Below, in pieces: positions 1 to 13,054 of a stretch of DNA of 64,000 bases (position 1 is its first letter; every line of letters starts with the position of its first letter). The stretch spans positions 1 to 64,000 of the forward strand of contig NIVC01002009.1 of the NCBI GenBank assembly GCA_002269645.1. The letters run 5' to 3'. Made by a program: the position numbers and the translations under genes. Source of the stretch: Macrostomum lignano. Its lineage: Eukaryota. The notes under the pieces were generated by a model. That model did no database searches. It was not told the DNA's origin and saw only the letters and a program-made list of their open reading frames with translations.

Positions 1-1870
1 CTCGGCAGAAAATAGCAGCCTCATGTCGTCCGGCACGCAGAGCACGACGGCTTCTGCATGTTGACAACCAGGGGCCGACACTCGCTGCAATGCTCACTAG
101 CCGGTCCAGCTGGCGCTGGGCGCCCTCGAAGGTCGAGGACAGGAGGGCGAGACCGTCGGCGTAGCCAAGCACACTGAGTCACCTCTAAAGATGGCGTTGA
201 CTCGCTCGTCGTTGCAACAGAAAGCCGTCGTCATTGGTAGGAAAGAGTGGTTCGCAGCACCCAGTCAATCACCAGACAAAACCTGAACGGCGCTAGTGTA
301 TCTCCCAGAAGCACCCCGGAGGATGTCTCAAAGAAGTCTAATAGACCGTCCGGTGTTGAAACAGCAGTTTTCGTATCGCAGTACATCGCCATGATGGCGG
401 AGCAAAGCTGCTCTGGCACGTTGTACGCACGGAGCACCTTTGGGAGCACAGACCTGACGACCGGGTCGAATGCCTTATTGAAGTCTATGAAGATAACAAT
501 TCGCAGGATCGATTGGCAGGTGACAGGTCCGCGCCTCCTCAATGACTCTAGGAGGTATAGGATCTGTGTCAGTGGTGAAGGTACGATGGGCGCAGTGGTC
601 CATTCGTTGGGTGCCTCCTCACCGAAGAGCACGCGATTCATCACTCTGGTGACCTCACTAGCCACTGGATGCGCAGTGCCTCGATGGGCACCTAGTCCGG
701 ACCCCCAGCGCTTTCTCGCCTGGTGACTGTTGGGCGAGAATCACAACGTCGGCTGTACTGACTGGTGCTAGGCTGAAGCTCTCCTCTGCCGGAAACGGCA
801 TTACCGGCGGCAGCGTCAGACTGTCTGGCAGCAGGGGTGGCGGCGCGATGACAACGGCGGCAAAGAACTCACACAGCTCGTTCCGCAGCGCTCGTCCGCA
901 GAGCCACCTGTCAGGTTTAGCCGAATGCGCCGCTTTCGCCCCCCGCACCGTCAGAGCGTTGATAGCCGACCAGGCCAAGCAAACTCTGGCATCGGGCCCA
1001 GCGGTAGAGACGGCTTGAATGGCGTCATCAACAGCAGCCTGGTGGCGCTGCAGATAGACAGAGCCGCCAAGGCCTCCTCTGCCTCGCGTGTTGGTCGTCT
1101 GTTCAAACTAAGCCTCTCCAGCTCTTCCCTCGCTTGCTCCCGCTTGCTCTTAGCCGCGGTCGCATCAGCGGGACTGCTCGTTCCGCGGCGGTTCGAAACT
1201 GGCTTGCCGCTGAGCACAGCGATGAAAGCGCTTGTGCGTGTCGGCGTCCTTGAGCGCGCGTAGTAAGCACCGCGGTGGCCGCTTTGGAGGACGGTAGAGC
1301 GGATTGCAAAGACGAAGGTCGCAGACGAGGAGTCGATGATCGGACCGCAGAGCCAGTGGCGTGATGGCGCGGCAATTGATGACGTTGATGGCGCTCGTTG
1401 AAGCGCAACAGCACCTGATCGAGCTGTGCCTGCCTCCGTGTTGCGTCCCGGCCACGCGCGTTCCGCCGCCTCCGCTTGCAGCCCACAAAGGTTACGAGCC
1501 CGCCCCGTGGCTTGCAGAAGCGGATGTCGACACCATGTCCTGCCTCTCTAGGAAGTCCTAGCGCTCCGGTGGTGCCGCTCTCACGCGTTGTCACGAACAG
1601 TGGCCGCTCGGACCCCGGACCTACGCAGAACCGCGTTCAGTCTACAAGGATAATCCCTGTGTCGCCCTGCACCGTTGCCTCTACCCGAACCGAGAGCTGC
1701 TCGAAGAAATCTTGAGCCTCATCAGGACGGTGGCAGGGGGTGGTGTGGCAGGGGGCGCGTACGTGCAGAACAGGCCAGCGTTCCGGCCGCGAAGCCGGAC
1801 GTCGACCCGAAGCAGCCGAGGGGACAGAGAGACGCAGCGACAGCTCTGTTGCAGCCTCGTTCTGACCAAT
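1..1870 (-). mobile_element. Decayed non-LTR retrotransposon (LINE; APE endonuclease + reverse transcriptase, RTE-like), frameshifted; runs off the window start
   Basis: RT motifs in ORF 231..665 (FIDFNKAFDPV; GVLLGDTLAPFRF.LVIDWVLR), with a YADG(D)LALL-like motif near 150-170. APE motifs lie upstream in other frames (QLDQVLL, SDHRLL, DFFEQL..GD). Several frame changes. Confidence 0.85.
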
Positions 1871-2881
1871 CAAAATTAGCATATTGCTCATAAAAAATTA
1901 CAAAATCCGTAACAAAATCTACAACCTTCGCCTAAAACAATTATTTTACGACTCTTAGAAAAATTATTTGAGATCATTTCTTTCTCATTTGCTTCAGTCG
2001 AGCATTCGAAGTAGTCAGTATTTAACTTTACTAAGCTTAGCTTAGATCGCCTTTGCTAAGATTGAAGATATTGTAATAACATAAGCATAATAAAATAACA
2101 GGTTGGAGGTTGTCGTGTGGCTGCTTAGCTTTTAAAACTCAAAGAGTTTGTGTGCATCGGAGGTTTTACCTTAATGCCATACGATCCAATTCGTCATTCA
2201 ATGAGTTGCTCTGCTGCTCGTTCCTGTCTGCTGTCCTCCAAGTTCTGCTGTTTCTGTCTTCGTTACTTCTCCCAACCCCCTACTGTACATTCGATGGGTC
2301 CTGCTCGGAGGAGAATACAGGAAGTTTGATTTCATTTGAAAGCCAAAAGCCGATGATTTCGCCATGGAATAAATGTTTTTTTTCAAGTGCAAACAAAGCT
2401 GCACGGCCTATAGTCAGTGGGCTTGGCAAACAATGGCACGCTTCTATACTACTGCATGCATGTATATACATGTACCGCTTCACAGCATTGGAAAGGAATG
2501 AAAAACTGCAGATGGCGTATTGATTCTGCATCTCTTTACTGCATCGATCGATCGGCATTGCTTATTTTATTAACATTCTCACGGCCGCTTTGTTTGCGCA
2601 CCGAGTTCGTGCGCGGAACAATTATTTGATTAGCAAAATGCTGGATTAAGCGAACTGGTTACCATGGCAGATGCATCAACAAGGGTTTTTGTTGTCTCAG
2701 TGTGCGTGGCGTGGCTTGCCACGAGGACTCAATTAAACAAGCGCGTGGCAGTTGTTGGCAACAAGTCGGGAGCATTGGACACAATGCAAACAAAATAGAT
2801 TGCTTATAAAAGCTTTGAAGGTGCTTAATTGTGCTTCTGTCTCTTGTTTCTCGGTTTAACACGGAAATTTTGAATGTAAAA

Positions 2882-4047
2882 ATGTCGGCTATCATAGGCC
2901 TGCAAGCATACGTTCTCTTGGCTTCTGTGTGCACTACTGCCCTGTCGGAAAGTTCGCGTATGTATACTGCTATAAAGTTTTTTACATACTTTTATAATCT
3001 GCAAATGTAAAAATTCTACGTGCAACTATTTAATTCAGAGGTATTTAGGTATACAGCGTTATATCACGCACACAATTCCTACAGTGTTCACTTCGAAATG
3101 GTTGACTTCCGCCGGTACAGTCTCTTCTGCGCTGACTGAGGCCCCAGGTCATAGCCCCGTGCACTGCGTCATTCAGTGCTATAATGCTGGAGCCTCCGCT
3201 TGCTCAGCGGCTTCGTTCCTGCCCAATGAGAAACTCTGTCGGTTCTCTGCTGAACGAAATTCCCACTTCAAGTCAACTGGTCCGGTCAGCAGTGTGTACC
3301 GCAGGCAGCCGGAAGCTGGAAGCGATGGTAAGCACAACTTCGGCTTGGAGTTTTCCATGCGAGCTGGAGTCAAATGAGCATTATATTTTTCAATTTCAGC
3401 TGACGCAAGCTCTCCACCGGTACAACTCCTCGGACCGTATCGCGTAATTATGAATCGCTCGAACGGCAGTCTCAGCTTCGCCCGAAGCTGGTCGGAATAC
3501 GAGACCGGATTTGGTGACGGAACGGACTTTTGGATCGGTAAGCTGGACGCATTGTGCTGACGCTATCGAACCACCATATAACCCAAGAAGTATGCATGTG
3601 TAAAACTGGCACACTCCTTCAGGTCTTCGGACTATCAATGAACTGTGCGGCAGCACGCCAAGACTACTCAGGATGGAAGCTGTCTCTTGGTCGAACGTTT
3701 TTTACGCCTCTGAATTCTCTGGCTTCTCGGTGGCAAACGCCAGCACCAGCTACACCATGACTCTGAGCTCGTATCTTGCAGCCAGCTCCAACACCAGTGG
3801 CGACTCGCTGACCTATCATAAGGGTATGAAGTTCTCCACCATGGATCGAGATAACGACCTGTCTGGCTCATCCTGCTCACAAAGTAGCGGCGGCAACGGC
3901 GGCTGGTGGTTCAATAGCTGTTCTATGAGCAACCCCAGTGGCGTCTACTACACGTCGGCAGTAACCAGCCGCGGGCGCATGTGCTGGCCACACACGGACG
4001 GCAACAATGCGCTGAAGAGTATTCGTCTAATGCTGCTGATGCCTTGA
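2882..4047 (+). CDS. Secreted PAN/Apple-domain + fibrinogen-related domain (FReD) protein, 4 exons (2882-2957, 3085-3327, 3400-3537, 3623-4047)
   Basis: Signal-peptide exon MSAIIGLQAYVLLASVCTTALS; PAN-like CVIQC..C.A.SF....CRF; FReD motifs VIMNR..GSLSFARSWSEYETGFG...FWIG, KFSTMDRDND, GGWWFNSC. All introns are GT-AG with matching phases; AATAAA near 4088. Confidence 0.88.
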
Positions 4048-4801
4048 ACCGGATCGCGTTCGTGGCATCCGATTGATCGCATCGATTAAATAAAGGGAGC
4101 ACGAGAATCGACCGCAGACGAATTGCCACTTGAGAGATGCCCCTAATGCTTATAAAGTCTTAGTAAGGAGACTTAGGGGGACATAGCGACGTTACATTTG
4201 TATGTAGCTCGTATTTATAACTCACCGATGTACATGAACCACTCGGCTTCTACGAGTATATATACATAGAAATGAAAACCTCTCCCACAAGAAAAATGCT
4301 TTGATAAGCCGTTATTTACTAGCGTACCGGAACGTTTTGATTAGGTTAATCGATTTATTAAAATTTACTAAGTACGCTCGTATTGGAGGCTAAATTCATT
4401 GAAGAAGAAAACCATGGCGGGAAAATCTCAGCGGGCAAATCTGGACGGGCAATTTGTCTGCACGTGACATGCCAGTGGATTAGAGGGATTGGGAACGCTA
4501 GCTTTGCTCACAATCATCTACTGAATGTCTCACACGCAGTGAGACACTGCGTGTGTACTGAATATATTTAGACCAATAGTTTATTGATAAAAAGAAATCA
4601 GTCACATGATATCTGTTAGAACGACTTTAAGTCCAGTGTTAAGGAAGTTTGGAACAAGCAAATTGTTGTTTCAATGATTAAATCTTGACGTGTCCTATAA
4701 CTCAAACGAGGTATTCTTGAATCAAATGCGACTATGATACAAAAATTGATGACACACATTGACGGTGCTCAACAACAGCAAGCAAGCTTTGTCAGAAAGA
4801 A

Positions 4802-7618
4802 TCACACCATGGCTGAACGACTCGTTTCAGTTACAGCTAAAGAAATAGCAGAAGTTTCAGGACAAGTATCAGAAGGTACATTCCGGTCATGAACCTTAGG
4901 GCCCTGTCGTTGAACAAAACCACGGTAGAGATCGCCAATCAGCTCAGAGGTGAACAGTTCGCCAGCATTGATCAGTATCATGTGCAGCAAGAACAGTCCG
5001 TTTGTACCAAGAAAGTTGCTGTCAAGGCTGCGCAGAGTGCGGTGCTTCTGGAAAATTCGGCAAAGCAACTTGCATTACATTTCTTCTACAAGTGTAGGAG
5101 AAGTGCCTGCGGGCTTTCCCGGTGCTTCAGTTGTCAAATTCTCAAATTGCTCTCAAACTGTTTCTGGAGTCTGAAGACAGTGTTCCTGTGTTGGTAGTGC
5201 TTGTGCTGCATCTGAGGACTGCACTTTGATGATTGCGCTGTGTCTGAGGACTGTAAATGAATGATTTTGCTGTGTCGGGGACTGTTAGACAAATGAATGA
5301 CTTACTGACCTAATGGTTTTACCTTTTTATTGTATTGATAAAGAAAACCGGCTTGATTTGTCTAAGACAGGGTCGGCTGGCTCTTTTACATCAAAATCAT
5401 GGCTGTGGGACAGCTGAGAGAGGAAAGGAGAAGGAATGGAAAATGGGAGATGAGAGAAGAGGAGGGGCGAGAGATGGGTTGAGAGAAGAGGTAAGAGGAG
5501 AGAAGAGGAGAGACAGGTAAGAGAAGAGAAGAGGGGTGATGAGAGAGAAGAGGGGAGAAAGGCGAAGAGGAGAGGGAAGAGAAGAGACAGAAACCTTGAG
5601 CGGGCCGGATTGCTATCGTGAAGTTTCAAAGGACCCGAGGGCCGGATAGAGAGGCTACACGGGCTGCAGGTGGCCCGCTAGCCGCAGTTTGCCGACCCCT
5701 GGTTTAACACCACACAATCACCTCAAGCAGATATTTCCAGACAGCTTACATGCTTTTTATAATCGCTATTGATATTGCCAGCGACGCAACACTTGTCAAT
5801 TGAAGCGAACTTGGCCAAAAATCGGTAACGACAAACCGTCAAGCGGTAGATCCACAACAACAGGCTGAGAGTGCAGATCGCCAGCACAATGGGCAGGTAG
5901 ATGCTAAGCAGCAGGGCCACCTTTTCCGTTAGCACGTTGGTTGATATGGTGCAGAATGCGACAATCGACTGCAAGTGAGTGAGCGCCTGGTACTGCAGCT
6001 TGCAGATGCCGACACTTGAAGCAGGGAATTAAAGATAATCTGATTTTAATTCGAACGGAATTCCATGTTTAAAACCAAGCAGCACAGATAATCTCTTATT
6101 TGGTGTGTAATGCTCATGTCATGCCACCAATTACAGACTGCGCGGTAGATAAAGTAGTCTCAAGTCTCACCTTGGAAAAGCTGTTTCTTCCCAATGCGAC
6201 CACGCGGTCAGGTCGAGCCCAAAAAATTGACGTAGAATTATGAGCTGAAAGTGCGAAGTGAAACAGTGAAGTTAACTAATACAATGAAATAGTAGGTTTT
6301 GAATGACTTCAGTCACCAGCCTTGTTAGTATTTCCTTCAAGTACCATCTTGAAATCAGATCTGTACTGTTGTGCCGGGGTGCATCTGCGCTGCTTACCCA
6401 GAGCTTAGCCGGCTAGAACAGATATATATTTTGGCGTGTGCGACAGTATGGGAGGCCACCTCCGTGCCGACCTAGGCTCAGCGTACTATCGTCTCATTAA
6501 AAATCAGTCTGGACTTCACGACGCTCTCTACCAGAGCGGAGAGACCTCCCCTAACGCCGCCACTGTCACTGCTGTATTGAAGTTCAGAGTGAGTCGCGTC
6601 TCTTATTTATTTGCGGGTCTGGCTGGGTTTGAATTGCGCCATAGGGGCGGGCTGACCAAGTCTCTTGACGTGATCCCACGCTCGGAGTCAGAAGTCAGGC
6701 CGGTCAGCTGACCGACACCACCTCCGTGCTCGTCGGAACTAGAGTTACGATCCGGCCTATCACAACAGTACTCAAATCTATAGACCTTTCGAGCTCACCT
6801 GGAGTACAACATTGGCCATTCCGATCAGTTTCACCAGCAGGTAGGAAGGTAGCAAAGTGATTGACCAGCGCCAGTCCGCGCGCTTCTGCTCGCACTGCAT
6901 GCAGCGACATCTACCGCAGCAGAAGCAGTAGGAGCAGCCGCCGTTGAGCGTTCGCCGCATCACGTCGGCTACCGTGGTCACCTCGTCGCGCCGCCGAGCT
7001 CTGTCTCGATGGGCGGAGCCGCGCGCCATACGGAGCAGCTCGGCCGGGTCGACGCCGAGTCCGCCGAAGCTGGCGAGGTCCCACAGCAGCTTGGGCAGGT
7101 GGGCCAGGATTGCCAGCGCGGCCAGCAGTAGAGGCACCCACATGTAGTAGTCTGAGTGCGGTTTGGGTAATTGTAGTAGCCAATGGTAAAACTGGAGATA
7201 CCTACTGGTCTACCATAGTTGACTGCCAGCCAACCCACCCTATCCTATATTTTCGGCAGTCCAATTCGCAAAGCACCCTGAGCCCCGCTAGGCACGCACT
7301 TATCTGGGGAAAATCGCGCCACTCCTGCTCGTCGTCCGGAACTGGCTTCTCCGGATGGAGCAGCCGCAGTCCCCGCACCCAGCAGAATCCCTCGAGCATG
7401 CTCTCGTCCTGGTAATCTATGTGAAAAGTCTTGTGCGGCGTCATGCAGGCCAGAGGCTTTGAGAACAGTTCACGCAGGCCGATGCACAGTGAGCAGGTGA
7501 GCAGCACTACAGGAGTGAGCAGGTAGCTGACTTTGTCGGCAAAGTCCAGCACCCCTGTGGCGTCAATAATGTCGAATGACTTCAGCTGCTTTAGGAGGAT
7601 GTTGATGAAGGTCAGCAT
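4802..7618 (-). CDS. inx: Innexin, 5 exons (7618-7300, 7151-6799, 6244-6171, 6014-5750, 5047-4802), 418 aa
   Basis: DFADKVSY, C..EGFCW, INYYMWVP, YLLVKL..ANV.LQ, FPSVGIC...FC.I.TNVL.EK and FL..NGLFLLHMI..NAGEL motifs. The exons sum to 1257 nt (in frame) with GT-AG boundaries. Confidence 0.92.
5368..5701. mobile_element. hAT (Charlie-like) non-autonomous element with a GA-rich core, in innexin intron 4
   Basis: Right end GTTTGCCGACCCCTG, left end CAGGGTCGGC. Flanks GTCTAAGA/GTTTAACA resemble a diverged 8-bp TSD. The subterminal sequence is shared with 30484-30590 (reverse orientation). Confidence 0.65.
6367..6767. mobile_element. Solo LTR (401 bp) in innexin intron 2
   Basis: Perfect 7-bp terminal inverted repeat TGTTGTG...CACAACA, flanked by a 4-bp target duplication GTAC (6363-6366, 6768-6771). 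Confidence 0.8.
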
Positions 7619-8543
7619 GCTGTCTGTGTGGTTGCGTATCGCCGATATCAATACTCTGTTGCTGAAGGTGATAAGCTATGAACTGGTCAGAATACTTTTT
7701 ATCAGTGATAAATGAGGTATCTATATAGCTTTTTGAGGACAGACATTGGCCAATGCTTACTAAAACATCAACTGGCTATATCTAATCATCAAACACGCGT
7801 GTTAACAGGTAAAAAGTAGCAAAGTTACTCTTCGATGATGCCCATGCCATGAAAACTATTTGCTCCAACTGAGGGCACGATAATGCAACTTTCGTTTTGC
7901 TACTTTCTTACCCCAGTAGCAAATTTCTCGCCGGAATTCAACTTGTTCTTGGGGTCCCACTAAACGTATACGCTATAATGTAACCCATAACAGCTCCACA
8001 GTAATGGTGATTTCATGCGGCAGGAGAGCCGCTTTTTTGTGATCAGAAGTGCCTGAACTGAACGTCAAGTCCTCTTGTTTAGGGTAGATGCTAAAAAGCC
8101 CATCAAAATAATTTGAAGAGCAAAATTCAAGCAGCGTGAACAAAAACTTCACAAAAATGAGTTTGTATTTAAATTTTTATTACGCCATTAAGAGATGGAA
8201 AGAAATTCTTGCTCGAACTACTATGAGTAATTTTCAATTTCGGGCAAGGTCTGTCCCTTTATTCAAAATATTGCCTTAATATTGCATTAACACTTAGCAG
8301 CAAAGACCCCAGATTCACGCTTTCACGTGGTCAGCTGCCCCAAAAGTTCATCAAGCGGTTGGTGATCATGATGCCACGACGAGTGGCGGTACTTTTGCAG
8401 TTCCTTCACACGTGACTCATAAATCATGCTGCTTCACTTCTGCGCCACGTGACAGCTCGAGTTAGAAGGGGTTTAGCTGTTACTGGGTGTAACAGCTTCT
8501 CGATGGCTTCAATCCATTGTGCGGCTCCTCAAGTTGAAACCGC

Positions 8544-10205
8544 TCAGTCAAGCAGCTGAAACCGGACGCCCACTGCCGGTGGCTTGTTGCAACCGCCGGT
8601 TTCGTTAACAGTTCGCGGCACAGTCGAGCTGTTGAGAAGCGGAGGCAGCCTGCTGGGATGTCCGACTCTGAGATGTCCGACTGCCTGATGCTGCATACGC
8701 AGCACGGGCAGGTCATGATGCTGCAGCCAGCTGCCACCGCCGCCATTGCCGCTGCCGTTTTGCATGCTCCGCGATGTGAGTCTGGCCACTGCGTCGTTAG
8801 CCAGCTTCTTCAGGTGGATGAGTTCGGGTGTGGTGAAATTTTAAATCGAGAGAATTAACACAAGCACCAGATGGTTGATAGATCTTCACAATTGTGAGCT
8901 ATCAAGCCGTCACTGCCGCCTATCCTATTACCTGTACGTGGCTGTACTTCTAAAGCCCATTACGGATGAAGGAACATACATGTATGAATGAAAGGCTGTG
9001 ACGCCCTCAGCCCCTGACTACATAACAGGTTAACAGGTTAACAGGTTATAGTTTTAATGTGCTTTCACAGCTGTCACACCTGGTTTTGCACCAGTCCTCT
9101 GTCGTAGGCCGCATAAGAAGTCTGGCTGACACTGCCGCCGTCGGTCTGGTCGATCGACGAACTCCAGCTGGCGTCCATGAGCAGCCGCGACGTGTCGCGC
9201 ATTGGCGGATAAACAAACGGCCGGCCGTACTTCTCCGGCCGATAGTCGCGGCGGTAGACGCTGAGATCGGCAGCTCGGTCGTCACTCTGCTGTTAGAAAA
9301 GTTCGTAGTTTCATCAAATAATAATAGCTCGTAATTTATAATTTATTACACCTGCCCTAATAGGCAGATGTAGCTCGTACAACCAACAGCTCAGCCGCAG
9401 CTATTGCTCAGGCGCATCTGAAGGCTGCGTACGGCTGTTCAGTCCAAGGACTGAGGGGTCGCCACACACACCTTCAGTTACTCCAGCTAATGCTGGTACC
9501 CATTTTACAGCTGGGTGAACTGAAACAGTACAAATTTGTTCCAAAGTTGTCACAAATTGTTCCACTGGGATCGGGAATCGAACCCCCAAACTTCCAGTCG
9601 TGAGCCCGATGCTCTAACTAATAGTCTCCGACCCCCTCATCAAAAGAAGCTTATTAACTCGAGCAGCTCGTTGCAGGCAGCTTCGGTTTGAATACTAATT
9701 AGGACAGCCCAGCAGCTGTGCATGGAAACAAACTAATGCAATGCAATGCAAAGCGCAAGTTTGCCTCCTGTTCATACGTGACAAACATGCGTCGCTTTGA
9801 CCGCAAACGTACGAGTGCCCAGCCTATACGTACATGTGCGCGCATAAAAAGCCAAGAACTTCATGGTCCTTTCAAAGATTTACAGCTATCCCTACAGCTT
9901 ACCAGCCACACAGGTCGCAATGACCGACCAGGTGGTAGCTTAGGAGCTATCGGCTTTGACAGAGACACGGGTGCCGGCGACAACAGTTGAGGCAATGGCT
10001 TCACACTGACTTGCTGCTGCTGCTTCTGTTTCTGCTTCGATTTAGGTCGTTTCCGGTGCTGCCTGATCGTTGAAAAATTCCGTTGGCTGTCCAGCGGTTG
10101 GCCGTCGGCCAAGCTGAAGCTGCTAATCCAGTGCGCGTGCCAGGGACAGAAGTACGACCGGGCCTGGCCACCAGTTGGTCGAGAAAATCTGGGCTCGCTC
10201 AGCAT
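8544..10205 (-). CDS. Uncharacterised protein, 3 predicted exons (10205-9903, 9289-9080, 8807-8544), ~258 aa; candidate ciliary/axonemal protein
   Basis: Three GC-rich segments join in phase 0 through GT-AG introns. Exon 2 encodes SVYRRDYRPEKYGRPFVYPP...SVSQTSYAAY. An X-box lies upstream. No family was recognised with certainty. Confidence 0.6.
9330..9635 (-). mobile_element. tRNA-derived CORE-like SINE (copy 1)
   Basis: On the minus strand: tRNA-like head with B box GGTTCGATTCC, CORE-like TTCACCCAGCTGTAAAATGGGT, AT-rich tail. Homologous to 57289-57608. Confidence 0.8.
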
Positions 10206-10897
10206 GCCGGCTACCCTTAGCTATTTTATGTAGATGGTGAATTAGGGCGTGAGCTGCGACGAACTGTGATTTTTGGAAACCGATTGCACATCTTTATTCT
10301 TCATTAAGTCACTGACAGGTACATGCAGTGTTAAATACTCATGCACACGTAAGCTCGTAAAACACACTGAGAAATCTCAATCAAGGATCAATGAAGACAA
10401 CGAGGTATACACTTGAAAATACCTTAATGCTTAGTTTCCGGTTCAGTTCAAATGCATTTGAAAGTAGCTAGCTGAAACTATACATGTATTTCGCTCGCAA
10501 ATTTACGCGATCAAAGCTGGCGATCGCTTACAATCATACCGAGAGGAATTTCCTTTTACTCTGATCAACTCAAGTCGCCAATCTGTGACTGCTTGAAAGG
10601 CGCATGCACCAAAAGCAGGCAAACAATACTTCGAAGCAGCACTCTATAAAGCAGCCAAAAATTTTGGAGGACTGCGTGGGTCATTTCGCCCATATACGAG
10701 TACACAGAATAACAGCACGTACAAGCGTACCAGACGTACAACTTACAGATACGAGCGTATAAGTTACTCGAAGTGATGAATTTCCTCAACAATGTAGATT
10801 GCCACAATACAGTTCAAACTTCCTATTCTTGGTGCCTATCATCTTCGAGTAAGGCCCTTTTTAAGAGCGCAAAGCAAATTCATTGTGCGCGCCTTGC

Positions 10898-10912
10898 GTT
10901 GCCATGGGCAAC
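10898..10912. promoter_or_regulatory. RFX X-box
   Basis: Perfect palindrome GTTGCC-ATG-GGCAAC, ~0.7 kb upstream of the ATG at 10205. Confidence 0.65.
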
Positions 10913-11552
10913 AATCACTGTGGCGAATTGCAGTTAACATGCATCCTGCATTAGGCACTCTATTCAGACAGTCCTGACAGGAGGACAAAGAAGCCCTGTC
11001 TAGCTGTTTAAGTGCAGCCACATACGGCGCAGCCTTCTAGTGAATTAATTTACAACACAGAACAGGAAAAAGTCTTCAAGTTGCACAAAGAACTCACATG
11101 ATGACTGATGAGTGAAAAGGTGCGTAACAATGCGCAATGCGACAATGCATGCAATACAGTGGAATAAACTCCAGTCAGGTAAAGGTGAGTCCATGAAGAT
11201 CCGCACCCGTGGCGTTAGTAAAGCGACATCCACTGCCCTCGCGGCACGGTGAGTCGGTGAATTCCTCCAGGGTACAAATTTTATGCGGAAGCGAGAGTTT
11301 GAAGGATACGACCAGAAAATTGACTCGCAAAATCGTTCGGCATCTGCTTTTTAACCCCTTTTTCTTACCCAACAGTCTTCTTTCAGAGCAGCACCTTGCG
11401 TGGTTCTAACGCATTCTTTTACTAGTCAACCAAGAGTGCGCGAGACTTGACGCGTTTTTAGTTTACGCGTATAGAAATCAAAATCAAGTCACAGTTAAGG
11501 CAAGCGAAAGGACACACGAAAGTAGGCTGCACAAAAGCAACCCTTCTTAGGA

Positions 11553-12600
11553 TACAGACCGACCGACCATTATATCAGGACGTAGGCCGACCATTATATC
11601 AGGACGTAGGCCGACCATTATATCAGGACGTAGGCCGACCATTATATCAGGACGTAGGCCGACCATTATATCAGGACGTAGGCCGACCATTATATCAGGA
11701 CGTAGGCCGACCATTATATCAGGACGTAGGCCGACCATTATATCAGGACGTAGACCGACCATTATATCAGGACACAGACCGACCATATCAGGACACAGAC
11801 CGACCACTATATCAGGACACAGACCGACCATTATATCAGGACACAGGCCGACCATTATATCAGGACACAGACCGACCATTATATCAGGACGTAGGCCGAC
11901 CATTATATCAGGACGTAGGCCGACCATTATATCAGGACACAGACCGACCATTATATCAGGACACAGACCGACCACTATATCAGGACACAGACCGACCACT
12001 ATATCAGGACACATACCGACCATTATATCAGGACACAGACCGACCATTATATCAGGACACAGACCGACCACTATATCAGGACACAGACCGACCATTATAT
12101 CAGGACACAGACCGACCACTATATCAGGACACAGACCGACCACTATATCAGGACACAGACCGACCACTATATCAGGACACAGACCGACCACTATATCAGG
12201 ACACAGACCGACCACTATATCAGGACACAGACCGACCACTATATCAGGACACAGACCGACCATTATATCAGGACACAGACCGACCATTATATCAGGACAC
12301 AGACCGACCATTATATCAGGACACAGACCGACCACTATATCAGGACACAGACCGACCACTATATCAGGACACAGACCGACCACTATATCAGGACACAGAC
12401 CGACCACTATATCAGGACACAGACCGACCACTATATCAGGACACAGACCGACCATTATATCAGGACATAGATCAACCATTACCGGCTTTTCCCTTTTATA
12501 TCAAGACACAGTTCGTCCAATATATCAGACTCAGACTAACCATTGTAACAAAATACAGAGATCAACCATTGCCGGTATATCAGGACACAGACCAGCCAAG
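11553..12600. repeat. 24-bp minisatellite (ACCATTATATCAGGACACAGACCG), ~39 copies plus a decayed tail
   Basis: Directly visible tandem array; variant units (CGTAGG vs CACAGA, ATT vs ACT) occur in blocks. Confidence 0.97.
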
Positions 12601-13054
12601 GGACTCTTATTTGGCAAATATTTTGCAAATAACAGAGACGAAATAACAAAAATGAAATGAAGCATTTAATGTTTAAATTTGACTCTGAAATTAAAAATTC
12701 ACTAATGCAATTGAAACACACACTGTAGATTTAAGAATGTACCGAGTCATGTATTTGATGAATTCAAACTTAACAGGACAATAAATCTGAATTGAAGAGA
12801 ACAATCGCATGAGCTAAAATTCTGCAATTATGTACTACACTGGGAGAATCAAGCACGTGTCAGAGAGAGAATAAGACTGAAACCAGGCACTAAAGCGAAT
12901 GTTGGAGCACCGACTGGATTCAAAAACCTAAGTCAATGAACTCGCACTTAATTAGAGCACTAATAAGCACACACTATTACTAATTAAATAGTAGTATTCA
13001 AGACATGACATTGAACTCGTGTTCAATAAAATATTAGCGCAACACTGTCACAGT

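Noticed and set aside
4802-5197. Plus-strand ORFs that at first resembled a Crypton tyrosine-recombinase fragment
   Set aside because: The minus strand encodes the innexin last exon in correct phase.
11547-12479. 310-aa ORF (MVGLCPDI)n
   Set aside because: The 24-bp unit simply lacks a stop in that frame; there is no unique flanking coding sequence or splice context.
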